Shown: positions 13,285-27,590, counted from the first letter of the stretch. The stretch: 64,000 bases of DNA from Hydrolagus affinis (GCA_012026655.1 JAAILG010001277.1:1-64000), one strand, 5' to 3'. Numbers and translations are program-made. The notes: generated from the sequence alone by a model not told the origin.

Positions 13285-14198
13285 GACGCTACCCTTGACT
13301 CCAGGACTACTACTGTCCTGACAGAGTGTCTGTCAGACATCAAGTCTTGGATGACAGCTAAGTTTCTACAGTTGAATGTCAACAAGACAGAGGCTCCACT
13401 GATTGGCTCGTGCTAGCGCCTTCACGCATCAGACTCTCGCAGCATCAACCTCCATGGTTACGCACTCGACCTTGCCTAGCCAGTCAGGAACCTAGGTGTC
13501 TTGTTCAACTATCTATCCTCCCCTACATCTAATCAATGAACTCGCTCTGCCTTCCCTCATCTCCACAATATTGCCTGACTTTGCCACTACCTTACCCCCA
13601 AGGCCACTGAAACCCTCATTCATGCCTTCATTATATCCTGGCTCGACTATGCAAATGCCCTGCTTGTCAGCCTTCCCAATTCCTCCCTCCTCAAGCTGCA
13701 GAAAATCCAGAACTCTGCGGCCTGTGTCCTCTATCTCACCAAGCTCTGTGACCCCATCTCCACCATCCTCGCCCGACTCCATTGGCTCCCCATCATCCAG
13801 GGGATCGAATTCAAGATCCTGGTCCTCACATTTAAAGCCCTTCGCAGCCTCACTCCATCCTATATCCGTGACCATCTAACCCCCTGCCAACCTGCCCGCC
13901 CCCTCCGCTCAGCAGGCTCTGGCTGCTCCATGTCCTGAGATTCATCTGCGTCACTTTAGCCAATCTGCCCCCAACCTCTGGAACTGCATCTCGCAGTCCC
14001 TCCGCCTCGCCTCCTCCCTGGCCTCCTTCAAGTCCCGCCTCAAGACCCTCCTCTTCAATGGTCCTATCGGCTACTCCTAATTTCCCCTTTACTTCTCCCC
14101 CACCCCACCTCCCCTCCCCAGCTGAAACAATGACTGTCCAGTGCCTTGGGACATCCTCCTGTTGTAAAAGTGTATATATGTGTAATTTTGTTGTTGTT
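13285..14198 (+). mobile_element. L2 LINE, 5'-truncated (ORF2 C-terminus, 3' UTR and tail)
   Basis: Translates to CLSDIKSWMTAKFLQLNVNKTE, ETLIHAFIISWLDYANALLVSLP..KLQKIQNSAACVL and LHWLPIIQGIEFKILVLTFK, all hallmark L2 motifs. In-frame stops and a (gtt)n tail. Confidence 0.95.
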
Positions 14199-14324
14199 AT
14201 AATTCTTTGTGTATAATTGTGTGTTCCAACTGTTTGTATATAAGCTGCATTAATTTAATGGACACTAACCAGTGGGAGTTACTGGGCCAGATAAATAAAA
14301 AAAAGTTATTGTTGGACAATTTTA

Positions 14325-14420
14325 GCTCTGAGAAATGCCAGTAACTTTGAGTACCTAAAATTAGACATCTAAAAAACATGAAAAGTGTTATATCAAATGC
14401 AAGGATTATTTATTATTATT
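14325..14420 (+). mobile_element. SINE 3' tail fragment
   Basis: catgaaaagtgttatatcaaatgcaaggattatt. Confidence 0.75.
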
Positions 14421-15574
14421 ACCTCATGGACCAGTTTCTAAAAGTTTTTTCTTAGTAAAGTTAATTGACAGCATTTAGTTGACAAGTTTTTTTAAACATT
14501 TTTAGCAGTGCATTTGTAAGGCACAAAGGGGTCGGTTACATCAGGCTCATTAGGTTAAGTCCAGAAATACGCCACTTATTTCATAGGTAAATTAACTGCT
14601 TCAAATGTATAATTGACCAAAGAACTGGAGTAGTTACTATTGGTAGTCAGTCATCAAAAAGAGCTACTGAGGCAAGAAATGTCTTTTGATTATAATCCTA
14701 TTGTTGGCAGCTTGTAAAGCAGTTTTCTGATATAGCAAGAACCCTATACTGACTGACAGAAAAAGGACTCACAATTTAAGTGGGTTCGGAACTTTGAAGA
14801 ACTTTTCCCAATTGCTAAAAAGAATTTGAACTTTAATGAGTACACTCGGCCGTCGGACCAGGAGGATCGGTGTGTGATAGACACAGGGAAACAAACCACC
14901 GAGGAATAGACATGGTAATTTTTCATGTATAGACTTGGGAAAAATGCAAGTTGCCTGAACTGTGGGCTTCTAACCAAAGCAGAGTCATTATATTGCTTTT
15001 AATCAGACTCTGAGGACAGATGGGAACACAGTTACTGTGGTTATGAGATGTGGCCAGAGGCAAAAGCATCCTTTTCAGAGATATCAACTAAAGCTATGGA
15101 CTAAAATCAGTCTATTGATGTTTTGCTACTGTATTGCCTGATCTTGTTGAAGTTTAAATGTAAATCTTTAGAAGTCTGACCTACATAAAGAATTTCCCTG
15201 GTTGGTCTGGGGTTGGAATAATGAATTCAGTTCAGTTTACTTCAGCAGAGGGAGCAGTCCTAGATGCTCTGTGTTACTTTTCCTACAGTTACAAAATGTT
15301 GAAGTTGATAGACTTTGCCTGAGTTCCATAAACCAGATTTGAAAACCAACCGTTTTTTACAACCATCTCCTGAAGGTACTTGTTTGTAACAAATGAGGAA
15401 AAATAAAAGGTTTCTTGAGCACAAATACAATGAAAAGTTCCTTATCCTGAGCTAAAAATCATGGTGAAGTTGGGCTGAGCTGTAGATGGACGAGAAGACT
15501 GGTAGAGAAATGCTGGTACTTTTGAGGTTGAATTGGCTTTACAGTTACATAATCCACAAATTATGTTTATTAAA

Positions 15575-15695
15575 TAAATAATAAACCTTACATTTGGTAT
15601 CGTGCCTTTCACATCAGTAGAACATTTCAAAGTGCTTCACAGATAATTTATGAAGTGCTGTGACTGTGTATTTTGTGGGCAAATGTGGGAGACCT
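15575..15695 (-). mobile_element. SINE 3' fragment, older diverged copy
   Basis: cctttcacatc..caaagtgcttcacaga..gtgactgtgtattttgtgggcaaa. Confidence 0.75.
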
Positions 15696-15744
15696 TGTGA
15701 CACCTATTTGGTTCTTCCTTTGCAGATTTGTTGAAACCACATGA

Positions 15745-15810
15745 CAACAACCACAATAACTTGCATTTATAAAACACCCTTCACTCAGGATAGCATCTCA
15801 GAGCGCAAAT
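15745..15810 (-). mobile_element. Isolated L2 3' tail
   Basis: acaacaacc..aacttgcatttata..ctcagagcgc is the reverse complement of the tail at 27525-27582. Confidence 0.7.
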
Positions 15811-18800
15811 GCAAGCGGTCACAAAGTTTAACCTCAGGACAAGCCATTGTAAAATTGGTACTTAGTCCTGTTTCTGGACATAAACCTAGAAGTGTGGTGT
15901 ACAAAGGGTTAATTGTGAAATATGTGCTCAAGCTGGGCTGCTTTCATATGCTCCTTAGCACCGATGTATGCATTGCCCAAACAAGAAAACAAAGTATAAT
16001 AAAATATGAAAAATGTATGCCATAGACATGGGTTGTTTGGTCTGCACTGCACTAGACATTGCAGTAACAGGAAATTCTTCATTTAAAAAAACTGCATATT
16101 TACAAAAAGTCAGTTGAACATAAAACAGACAATAAAATGGTGTGCTTCAGATTCATCATCATATACGTCTTTACCTAGAAATATGCGGTTCCAATGTTAG
16201 GAAACTCAATCCAGGTTAATGAAACTGGCATACAAATTTTACAGTGCTCTATATATTTGGGGGAATAAATAAATTACCAGAACATATTTCACTCCAAAAG
16301 ACTGAATCAACCTTTCCATATTTTGCATTTTCCATTTGAATAATCTTTAATGTGGAGCCACAGGCAAACTAAGTCTGGGGTAAACTGTTTTAGGTGAGAA
16401 TTATTGCTATCTTAAAGAGCAAAGTCATAAGGATAACAAGAGGATGGATGACAAAACTCTTTAATTTACTACTGTACTTTCTAAATATCTATTTTGCATT
16501 TGCTCAATGTAAAAAGAAACGTATTCCAATTAACGCATTGAGTGTTAATTCTGGGTGCAATAGGCAAAAAAGGCAATGAAAAGGTTTTAAAATAAATATT
16601 TGATTACCTTTTTTGGTCACACTATTTACTTCAAAATGGATCACCAAACAGTACCACTAGTTAACAAATAAGAAATTGAGGTGCCCTTTTCTGGTCTGTA
16701 ATATTCAGTGTACTCTTTCCAAATATATGTGTTTAAGATTCGTCTAAATATATGCTTCTACCTTATTATGAAGTGAGCAGTTACCATATCTTTGAATCTC
16801 TTTTCAGACTGAATGCTTGCCACCTGTCCTCTAAACTACCTTGGGAAAGTCCTCCAGAGGAAATTGCAGACTGCACAACACTCATTGTAGCTTGACCTCC
16901 TACTGTGAGTGCCACCACTTTGTTTTAATAAGGAAAACCATCAGTCCATAGAGGTATGTCCTGTTTTCCATGCCTGACTGTCTAGCATTAGAAGCACAAA
17001 AATTCAGTTTAGACTCCATCCTACTGGCTACAATGTTGTTGTCTGTGTTAATTCCCGTGCCATATATCACTTTGTTTTTACTGCAGTTCCCTTAAGTCAT
17101 AATGTGCAAATTATGAGAAAATAACCATAGAAATGTTAACTGGATCTCTAAAATTCCTTGTGTTTGCCAGTTGCGATATTCCACATTAAATAACAGTCCT
17201 GTTCTTTGGAAGCTGAAACTGGACTCATTTACAGTGTTTTTTTTGATTATGCAGGAGTTTAAAAAGTCTCTAAATTTAGGCTCATTATTGGAATCTATAG
17301 TTTACAATAACATTTCTGTAGAAAAGGTTCCCAAAGTTGATTTGTTTATAAAGTAAAACAGAGTTCAGACAAAGAGTCCACAGATTATATGGAATTAGTA
17401 AAGGATGTTATTCTGCAGCATTTAATCTGATGCTTAAATCATACATAAAAATATATGGTTTAAATAGCAGAATACGTGCAGCAATGGATACTATACTGAA
17501 TGCCCCATGCACCTTCTAATATGAAAATTGATACTGCAGCTCAACTTTTATTCGATGTAACTACTCAAATAGAGTTTCTTTGTCAACAAATTTAGGTAAT
17601 GCTACATAATGACTATATTAATTACTTTCATAACAGGCTAGTTATTCATCCTTCATTGGTCACAAATGCCTGCCATTGAACCATAGCAGGGAGAAATTAG
17701 TAATTGTTTTCCCCAATCTTATTTCATGAACTGAACCAGTGTTGTTAGAGCAAGTTAATATTTAAAATGAAAACAATAGAAATATATATGCGTATGTGGT
17801 GAGATTGCACAACATCAAAACGTTTTCAACAACGGGAGCTATCCATTCATACGTGACTTTTCTCACAAATTTTTGTAGTTTTATCATATAGGTAAGGGTG
17901 GGGTGGTATCCAGGGTGTATATGTTTGCTTTGCTGCAGTTTCGTGGTGGTGCAGTGGCCTACAACCCAGACTCTAACTTTTCTTAAGACATTGAATTGCT
18001 GATTCCAAGCATTGTTAGTTCTGGCTGAGCTACTCACCTCCATATATTCCTTTCAGATATGATAGCACTGCAGTGGTGCAGAAAACAAGCTACTGCATAT
18101 TAACTATCCACATTCCTCTATGTTTGACTAACGAGATGTTCACTTGTAGCAGAGGACAATAGATAATGTAATTCTCTCTCTCTCTCCACCCCCCACAACT
18201 CCCTCTATTGTGGCTGTAGTTTTCCAATTGCCGTTTAATTTGTAATAAAGGCAAAATTGATTTATTGGGTTTGCTAAATTTGTGCCCTAATCTATAGGAG
18301 GCAAATCACACATTCCATAAATGGTCAAAAGACTGAAAAAAAAGCCAACGAGCAGAACCGCACAAGTTGAACCGAAGCAACAAATTTGGTATTGGGAATA
18401 TCAAAAATCAGATCATCGCTTAATCTATCTAATTAATCTTGAGAAAAATAAAAACACCATCACAATTCAGGATGATACATTTTAAGTGTCCTCAACTTCA
18501 ACCAGTGATCCCAGCTTGTTGAATGCAAACAAAGATATCACAACCATGGAACAATAATGAGAAAATATGTCTGTAGTTAGCTTCAGCATATTGGCTAATA
18601 TTTGTCACAAAATAAAATTAGGGCCAAAATACACCATGATGAACGTTTTAAAACCAACCCAAGTTCAAATTCATTCAGTCCATTACCGTTATCAGGTTAA
18701 TAGTGTGTGACCTTTCCTTCATTGGGCCACAACATTGGAATACTTTGACCATAATGTTCAACTAAGAGTAGTCTGTACATAGGGAAAAAAAGGCAGAAAT

Positions 18801-21800
18801 ATTTTAATATTCATTCAGTAGATCTTGGCTGCCTTGGTGGTCATTGTGTGGCTTTGTGCCAATGTGGTGCAAAATGAAATTCCTGACATGTCAGATGTTC
18901 TATGCTCAAGAGCTCATATGAATATATTTAATTCAAATGAAGTTGAACAGAGATAATTCCATAGGGTACTAAAAGCACTGATCAGCTCTATTGTAGATTG
19001 CCCCATACCTTTCTTTACATCATAGAGAGAGCATCCAGTCCAGGTAATGTGCTAGCAATCTGGTTAGGGAAGAATTCCTAGATTAGGTTAACCCTTTTCG
19101 TACCACCTGTTGGACATTCTGTAACTGATACAATTACTGTTTGTACCAATTGGTTGAGGAATAATATAATCTTGTTCCATTTTCTTATATTCTGTTGCTG
19201 TCAATTTCTCGACTTCACAGCAATCACTCTGCCGCTGAGGAGAAATTGTGTATTTGCTGCATCATGCAATAAATTTGAAATAATCAGGATCCTTATCTTT
19301 ATCTCCACCTGCCAAATCAATCATTTTCTTTTTTGTCATAATATTTCCCTTACCACAGAAAGGCGGCAACACCAGAGCCTCCAATGTCACGTACCATTTA
19401 ATTTATTTCCAGTTAAGTGTATTTTAAACTTATACTGTTTTTATAAGAACTACACTGCATAGATAGTGACCTCAGGACAAGCTCTGTTCCTTTTTAAAGT
19501 GAAATGCCTAAAGGCTTTGTGAGTTTATTAAAAGTTAAAGTTTAACATCAATGGCCTTCAAAACAATTTTTTTTATTAGGACAGCAAAAAAAGGGTCGTT
19601 TATTGCAATACATGTGTTTTTAATGTATAATGCTTATTATTGATGCATTATTTACAGAACCTGTTGACACACAATAGATATGAAAATAGAATTTTCATTT
19701 TGTTATCGAAATCAAGAAACCAGTACATTGAATCCTGCAATAATTATATCAGCCATTTCCTTGTGGTTTGAATTATCAATTCGATTTTCAAAAGCACCAC
19801 AGCTTCACAGGAACATTTGCAGCTCCTCATAATTGTCCCTAACAGAGCTTGCTTCTGTGCTTTATTTCTCAGTTTCGCTGTAATTTTTTGATACAAAAAG
19901 GGGTACAACATATCTTTTCTCAATAATCCAGTGTTTCTCAACACAATTTTTTGCAGTTTCTCCATCACAGGCGATTCTCAGAATTGAGTCATTCTGCAAA
20001 TAGTGAAGTTCAGTGAAAAAACTAGTACTCTACTTCTTAAAGATCCACATCTCTATTCCAGCATCGTTCAGCATGAGGATGCACCAGTGGACTGATACAG
20101 CAGCTTACACAGGTGATGCAAAATTGGCTCTGTATATATTATGCTCTCCAAGCTTGTCACAAAACTTAAATTTATGGCATCACAATTTCTTAACCTATTA
20201 AATAATTTAATACATTTCAATAAAAGTACAGATAACATATTCAGAGTGGGGGTAAAAATACAACATTTCATAACAGATTCAATGTGATAAATCAGAAATG
20301 TTACTTTTTTCACCCCAATATTTATGGATTTCACACGTTTCTTCAGTTGCAGCTCTATATCTCAGCAGCTCAGTGAAGTGTTGTGTACACATGCACCTTT
20401 CATTATGCTCATAACATCCTTCAGCAACTCTGTCACATTCACTGAGTTGCAATGTTCTGAAGCACAAAAGGCTGTAACCAGTCGGAAAGCAATGCCACTA
20501 ACTATAGCTTTCCTTACATTAAAAAAAAGTATTTATTGAGTTGAGTCACAAATGTAGAAAATTAAACTGAATCCAATGACAAATAAGTCAAATTCAAATA
20601 ATAGGGAAGGGAGGGTGCAGCTTGGGACGGAGTGACTACTAAATAAAATCATGAGCTTAAGTATACAATATATTTTCTTGAGTGTGATATAACCACAGTT
20701 AGAGTAGACATATTATAACAATGCACTTTGAAATATTTAAACTTAGTCCTAAAAGTATTCATTTTTAATTTACATAAACAAACCCATGACTGCCAACAAA
20801 ATCATATTGCTGGAAAAAAAATAGGCTTATAGCTCAATTGACCTATCAGTCACCTTCAACAAACATTAAACTCCCCATTGGTTACTTTCATCATAAATGT
20901 CTGTTCTAGAAATTGGAAAAGTAATCACAAGGGCTTGGAACACGTCTGTTCACAACTTTCCATATATTACACTAAGGTATTACATACTGTTCCTTTTGAA
21001 GATTTATCATTTTGAAAATAATATGAGTATGGAATAATCATTCTGATTTCTACAAACACATTTATTTTTCTATGGCAATGGCTCATTAAATGTAATATAA
21101 TGTAATTGCTTCTGTTTACAGTGCACAGCATGTATAGAAAATAGCAGTCATTGGAAACTGATGCACAGATTAGTTAAAAAAAACATGGTACAATCACAAC
21201 AGTCCCAACCCCAGCTTCAGTGCAATGGAGCAGTGGAGATTGTCCTTCCATAGAACCCAGCTCACTATTACGCACTTTGAATAAGCCTCTTGGCAAAGAG
21301 ACGGCTGTGCAATATGTGCTGTTAACCTAGATCTCTAGTATCTGTGCAACTACTCACACTCTGGGTCTTATTGAAATAAATTGCTGGTAAAGCAAATGAA
21401 ACAAATGTGCTTTTACACACTCCAATGGAACAAATACCAAATATCACACCTTTGGGCAAAATTATTCTAATTTAAGGCTTTATTACATAATTGAGAACAC
21501 ATACACTAACTATACCAAGAATAACAATAGCTAATAGCCACTAATATCTAATCCAGTATTCAATCAAACTAGCCTGAATATACAGACAAGTATGGATTCT
21601 CTCCATCTAATTAACACAATTATTTACAATAGATCCAAAGCATGAATTATTCATACACATTGCTCATTATATAACTGCAACTCTCCTTAATAAACTTTAG
21701 AATTAATCAGCAAATTAGCATATTGCACAATTCCAACATTCCTCTGCAACATATTGTGCAACTCAACTATTGCGACTGTTGAAAATCAATCCTTACCACA

Positions 21801-23844
21801 GTCGAAAAGCTCTCTACAGAATTCTCACTTCTAGACATATATTTATGCAGATGTTTGAGTTACAGATAAAAACAAACTACAGTATATGGAAAACAAAAGT
21901 GATCACTTTTTTAAGTGGTGCAGGTCTCCTCTGTGTGAAAGAGGACAATCACTGTCCAGAGACCTAACCCTGTATCCTTCGCTTTTAGACCTTTGTACCG
22001 AGGGTCAGGATTGTATGTGTAACTTTTTTTTTCGTAAACCTTAGCAGACCAGAGGATTGTCAAGCTAGCAGCATTCACTCGTTAACGTATTCATCCAATA
22101 CAGCTGGATTTTAAAAATAATGTTTCGAAATCAGAGAAACTTTCTTGTTAAAAATAGATATGGTGAGGATTTTTTTTTCTTCCTGATCAAGTGAAGAATG
22201 TCAGTGTTGGGAATGGAACATTGTTTCATCTAGGACAATTAATGCCAGCAACAAGCACTTACAGTTGGAACTCTGCCCCAATTATATACCCAATATGTGT
22301 TAACCCGAGCCTCCGAAGATCTTCCCTACTGCATCGGTGTGAGGCTTGCCAGCTCCCACATCAGCTTCTCTGAAATTATATTACAGGCATTGTAGTTTTA
22401 ATCTCTCAGTGTTGACTGCATTCATGTATCATGATCATAAGCATGCATGTACTCTCATTAATAATGCAAAAACCCATTGAATCTGAGCCTGGATTCCTAC
22501 TGGTAAAACCTCTCAAATATACCTTGCCATTACTTTGCAAGCCTCGCCACTACAATGACAATTAAAATTGGCTGCCTCGACTCAGATTATGTAAATATTC
22601 ACCTCAATATTAATCAGTTCAGCTTGAGTCAAAGAGGAAAAGATTTCTGTAATCAAATGATCAGGCAGACGATGGGAAAAGATAAAATATGCGGCAGACA
22701 AGGATGCAGACAATAAAATGCTGTAACCTCTCAGTAGGAAGTAAAAAGATAGAATTAGCAATGCCACAGAATTCATTTGTACCAATCAGAGGCAGCTTTT
22801 ATGAAATCCACGAGATTGTCTTTACATATGCTAATTTGTGCATAACTGAATGTCAGACCCATTGATTTATTTGGGACCTAGAGCACTAATAGTTCTCTCC
22901 CTCTTTCATCTTTAATATGTTGCAATTTTTTCAGGTTTTCATCAACTACTGAGTTGGCCCATTGTTTGTCCACGATGCAAAATCCAAATCCAAATCATTA
23001 GTAAGTTGTACTTGAATTCCAAAGACTATTATGAACTTGACTTAAAAGGACAATAAATATGATTTTGATCAGCGATGGTACTTTCACTAGTACCACTAGA
23101 AGACAATGCCTAGAGTGACACACAGTTGGCATTCTTGATTGAGTGCTGAGTGAGAATAACCTCAGATAATGTTTGATAAAAGTATAGGCCATCACCTCAC
23201 CTTTATTTCAAGAGAATAAGGTGCACAATCTTGCCTTCAGTTAAGGTTTCAATAGCATGTGATCTATTTGATCTCTATGTGTGTTAAAAGAAAATCTGAC
23301 TGCAAAAACTAAGCTCTGTTATTTTCGAGTGCACATTGAAATGATGGCATCGGTCATTTTGAACGTGATGGCATAGGTCATTTTTAATGTGCTCTAATAT
23401 TTCATAGATCTTTGCTTTTAAATACTGCCATGAACTATGTGTAACAGTCAAACTGCTGCCTTAAGTATACACAATGGTGTTGCCAACCAAAATACAGTAC
23501 TGTATTACAATGTAGATCTTATGATAGGCATAATGTGCTTCAATAAATGTATAATTAACTAAAACTGCTGATAGTAAAATGAAAATTACAAGTACAGTAC
23601 ATTGAAAACCATTGTAATTTGGATACTTTTAATCCATAAGATTTTTACTTGATATAATCTGGTAAATGAGATGAAATTGAATAAAAAGTCTTCTGCATAT
23701 AAAAATTCTTGAAGGAAAATATTTTGAGCTCTCATTTATGCTTTGATTCACTGAGCTGGTTTTGCAAAAAAAGTGTTCTAGAAATATATTTCGGAATACA
23801 AAGATTTTCATTGTTTTATTGTGTCATTCTGAGTGTATAAATGC

Positions 23845-24170
23845 AATAACAATAATCCTTGCATTTGATATAGTGCCTTGTCACGCCATCGAACCTTCTC
23901 AAGAAGTGCTTCACAGGATTAACTATGGAGTGTAGTTATTGTGTATGTTGGCAATCTCAGAAGCCAATTTGCACACAGCAGTATCCCTTCAACGTGCACA
24001 AAGTAAATAATCAATTATACAGGAATCTGTATATTATTGGCCAGTGCAATTTCTTGTGTTTTCAAATAGAGCCCTGGGATTTTTAACATCCACCTGAGCA
24101 GGCAGGCAAGATCTCAGTTTTTCATCTAATCTGAAGGATGACACCTCCAACAATGCAACACACTCCCAAC
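23845..24170 (-). mobile_element. DeuSINE-like SINE (AmnSINE1/SacSINE1-type central domain)
   Basis: gccaatttgcacacagca..tattggccag..caaatagagccctgggatttttaacatccacctgagcaggcag..ctgaaggatgacacctccaacaatgca resembles the Deu domain as I recall it, and matches 54460-54765. Confidence 0.8.
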
Positions 24171-25984
24171 TTTGTGCTTGGAAAGTCAACATCAAACTTT
24201 ACAGACGAATCACAAGGCAACCGTATTTAAACCTCTGGATTGATGTGTCAACCATAGGTTGACATCTTATTATTCATGGACAATTAGCTTGTTATGTACA
24301 TTGAAAATAATTTGCATTATGTATTACAAAATAGTTTTAAATGTTAAAAAAAAATTAAGTTGAATTCAGACTACAAACAATAATAATTTATTTCTGCATC
24401 CTATGGTCTTTGTTCAGCTTTGAACCTTGTAATAAACCTCATGAATAAAACCAGGAGGTATGAAATATTAAACCAAATAGTGCCAGTGTACCGGTTTATC
24501 CTGCCAGAACAATAAACCAAATGTTCTCCTTTAATTTATTCATCTTATTCTTTTTGCATTGTTCACGTTCACTGGGTGGCCTTTACTGATGCTTCTGTGA
24601 TTAAACACTTTTGCTCATTTCACTATCAAAACTCATTTAGAAAACTCAACAATATAACAACTAAATGTACGACAGCAGTATATTTAACGCAGGTAATTTT
24701 GGTGCGAGCAACATTACCACAAAGGTTACAGAAGCAGCTAAAGCCTATATATCACCGCACATTGGGGGTCGTTTAAGCAACTCGCTGGTAAGTAGCTTTA
24801 TGACTGGACAGTAATTTCTCTAAGTGCTTTATCTTAAGTCAAGTACATTTGCCTAAAAAGCTCAGCTAGTCAGCTAGCAAGGACTCTGGAGATGAAAAAT
24901 ATCACGAAGGTTGGAAAGAGCAGCCATTTCTACGTGACTTCTAAACTCTAAACTTTGTCAGAGAACACACTTAGTAAAAGACAACAGTTCACTCACATCT
25001 TTCATTGTAGTGACCTCAGTACAGCTCCGTATCAACCTCTGCTTGTATGTGCTGCGAAATGGGTGCTGTACAACAGTCTGTAATAGCTCAGCGCAGAGCA
25101 TGTGGTTGTAATGACAGGGGAACCTAATATTTTCAAATAGGTTGTATCATTGAAAATAAAGTACATGTCTCACACAAATAAGATGCTTCTTGGGTAAGAG
25201 TTAAGTCCAGGTCCTGTTATACATGTGCCAATGTTCGCTTTTATGCAGTTTGTTTGGTATGTGTATCTCCATTGGGATAGAAATGTTGGACAGCCTGCAA
25301 ATAACTTGCACAGGAGCACACCAGGAACAAGTAAAGTAAAGACTGTCGTTATGAAAAGAAACCCTGAGGTACATACAGTAGTAATTTCAGAGCCTGCACT
25401 AGATTATCCCAGTGTGTGCTGAATCATTCAGAATCCACCCACCAGGCTGGAAGAGTGGCTTTGAGATACAATACCTTATGGGGCACGAGCATTTTCCCTA
25501 TTCCACAGATTGACAATGTCATGGCATGCACAACAAAATTGGCAGTGATCCCTGCACAAAAATAGTATGTAGTACATAGTGCATTGAAAACATTAATCCA
25601 CTGTGATACGAATGCTTTCAGCCGAGAATACAGACAGATAATACTTAATTCCTCAAGTCAAAACATTAATCCTGTTGTAACAACCCATCATCAGTCATGG
25701 ACATGAAGTAATGGAAATTCTTTTATGCTGTCAAGTTAGAACTGTGACCAAGACCAGCTAAACTATAGTGACGTCACATAAAACATTTAATTGCTTCCTT
25801 CTCTTACCCTGAAACAGCTGATTTCAGGGCAAGATTGAGACAAGATTTTGTTGAGTTTTCCTCATGAAAAGTGTGATATTTTGCTCAACATCCTGACTCA
25901 GTCCCATCACTTTTCTTCTCCACATTAATGACCTCTCTGTCCATCGTCCAAGCCTTTCTATCTTTTGCTGATAACTTGGCCTCT

Positions 25985-26050
25985 GCCGTTGTGAAGCGCT
26001 CTGAGACACCCCTCGGCGTGGCTATATAAATGCAAGTTGTTCCTGTTGTG
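25985..26050 (+). mobile_element. Isolated L2 3' tail
   Basis: gtgaagcgctctgagacac..gctatataaatgcaagttgtt. Confidence 0.75.
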
Positions 26051-26114
26051 GCTCCACTATATATTCCCCAACATCCTTCAGTGCACAAAATTCACCTTCC
26101 ACTTACTATAACAG

Positions 26115-26287
26115 TAATAATAATTCTTGCACTTTATATAGTGCTTCATCATGTCTTTAAGACGGGTCAAAGCGCTTCACAGAATATACTGTAAAGCGAA
26201 TTTACTATATTTTGTGGGTGAAATGCAGCAGCCAATTGTGCACAGCGGTGTCCCATAAAGAGTTGATGACCAATTTATTATTATTAT
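26115..26287 (-). mobile_element. SINE 3' portion
   Basis: caaagcgcttcacagaatatactgtaaagcgaatt..gcagccaattgtgcacagcggtgtccca. Confidence 0.9.
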
Positions 26288-27234
26288 ACTCTAAGCCATT
26301 CAAAGACAGTATCCCCAAACCCTGATCTATGCAATGTCCTCCAATGTGCTTATTTGGATAGCTCCACTTTTAATCTTTCCTCATCATCCATCACCAATTT
26401 TGGCCTCACAATATCCTAGATTCTTAAATAGAATACTTACTCTTCCATTGTACCAAAGTTTGTGAGCAACTCGGTTAGACGCCAAATTCTGGTAAGTTAA
26501 TTATACTATAGACTGTCTTTTCATATTAATAGAATAGGAAACAGCATTCATCACTCCTGATATGGGAAAAATGGTTCAACTTCTCATAACTACATGTTTT
26601 AAGTGAAGAAATACCACAAATGCTATATCACTTGTAAGGTATGTCACTCTTACCTCCAATGTGAAATTGAGATAAACTATACCTGACTGGCAAATAGCAC
26701 CAAAACAGCAATAAGTTATCTGCAACATTCAGGGAATACATGTCATGGATTTAAATATTCAAAGCAGGCTACTGGGAGAACAGCTTCTATGAAATCTAAA
26801 AATACAAAAATGTTCAATGAGTATTAAGATCTGCCTATGACAAAATTACATTTGGTAGGATAACAATCCTCATAAAAAATGATTTTTTAATAAAAAATCT
26901 TCGCATGTTTTAAATCTGAATGACCATGAAATAGAGATTCCGTCCAATTGTTGATTTCTATTTTAATGTGTTGTGGTATTACTCCTCTTTCCCCTGATGC
27001 TTGGAGGCTAATGTTCTGGCAATGCTTGACATATGTTTCTATGGAGTATAAACACTTACTCCCCCCACTTCACCATGGTCAACTCCAACATCTGCCTTTT
27101 CCCAGCATCAACCCGTACCATTGCAAAACTCTCCAACACATTGTCCTACATAAAGGTTGCAATATAAATGTTAGCTTTTGTCGTGGTTGCTGTAGTTGGG
27201 TTGGGTGGCCTGTTTCTGTGCTGTAACCTGTTCT

Positions 27235-27590
27235 GGGTTCAAAGCTACTCACTCCCTGGCACCTCCCCACCTTCCTGACCTCCTCACTCCCCAAGCCACC
27301 ACCTGGCATCTCCGCTCGCCTGACACCGGCCTCCTGCTCATCCCTCACACCCTCCACCCCATCATCACATATTTCAGCCACTACTCCCTCGAACTGTGAA
27401 ACACTCTCCCTCTTTCCACTTTTTCAAGTCCAGCCTGAAAGCCTTCCTCTTCGAACTTGCTTATAACCACATCCCCCCAAACCCACCCCCCACCCCGGCT
27501 CGGCTCGGAGTCAGGCTCTGCCACTGTTAAGCGCTCTGAGACACTATCCAGCACTGAGGGTGCTATATAAGTGCAAGTTGTGCAAGTGCA
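27235..27590 (+). mobile_element. L2 LINE 3' fragment
   Basis: FKATHSLAPPHLPDLL...LRSPDTGLLLIP (L2 C-terminus), C-rich UTR, tail aagcgctctgagacac..gctatataagtgcaagttg. Confidence 0.9.

Noticed and set aside
13496-13879. Overlapping 127-aa (+) and 120-aa (-) ORFs
   Set aside because: Alternative and antisense frames of the C-rich L2 LINE, not host genes. The same applies to the ORFs at 27079-27611 and 48926-49366.
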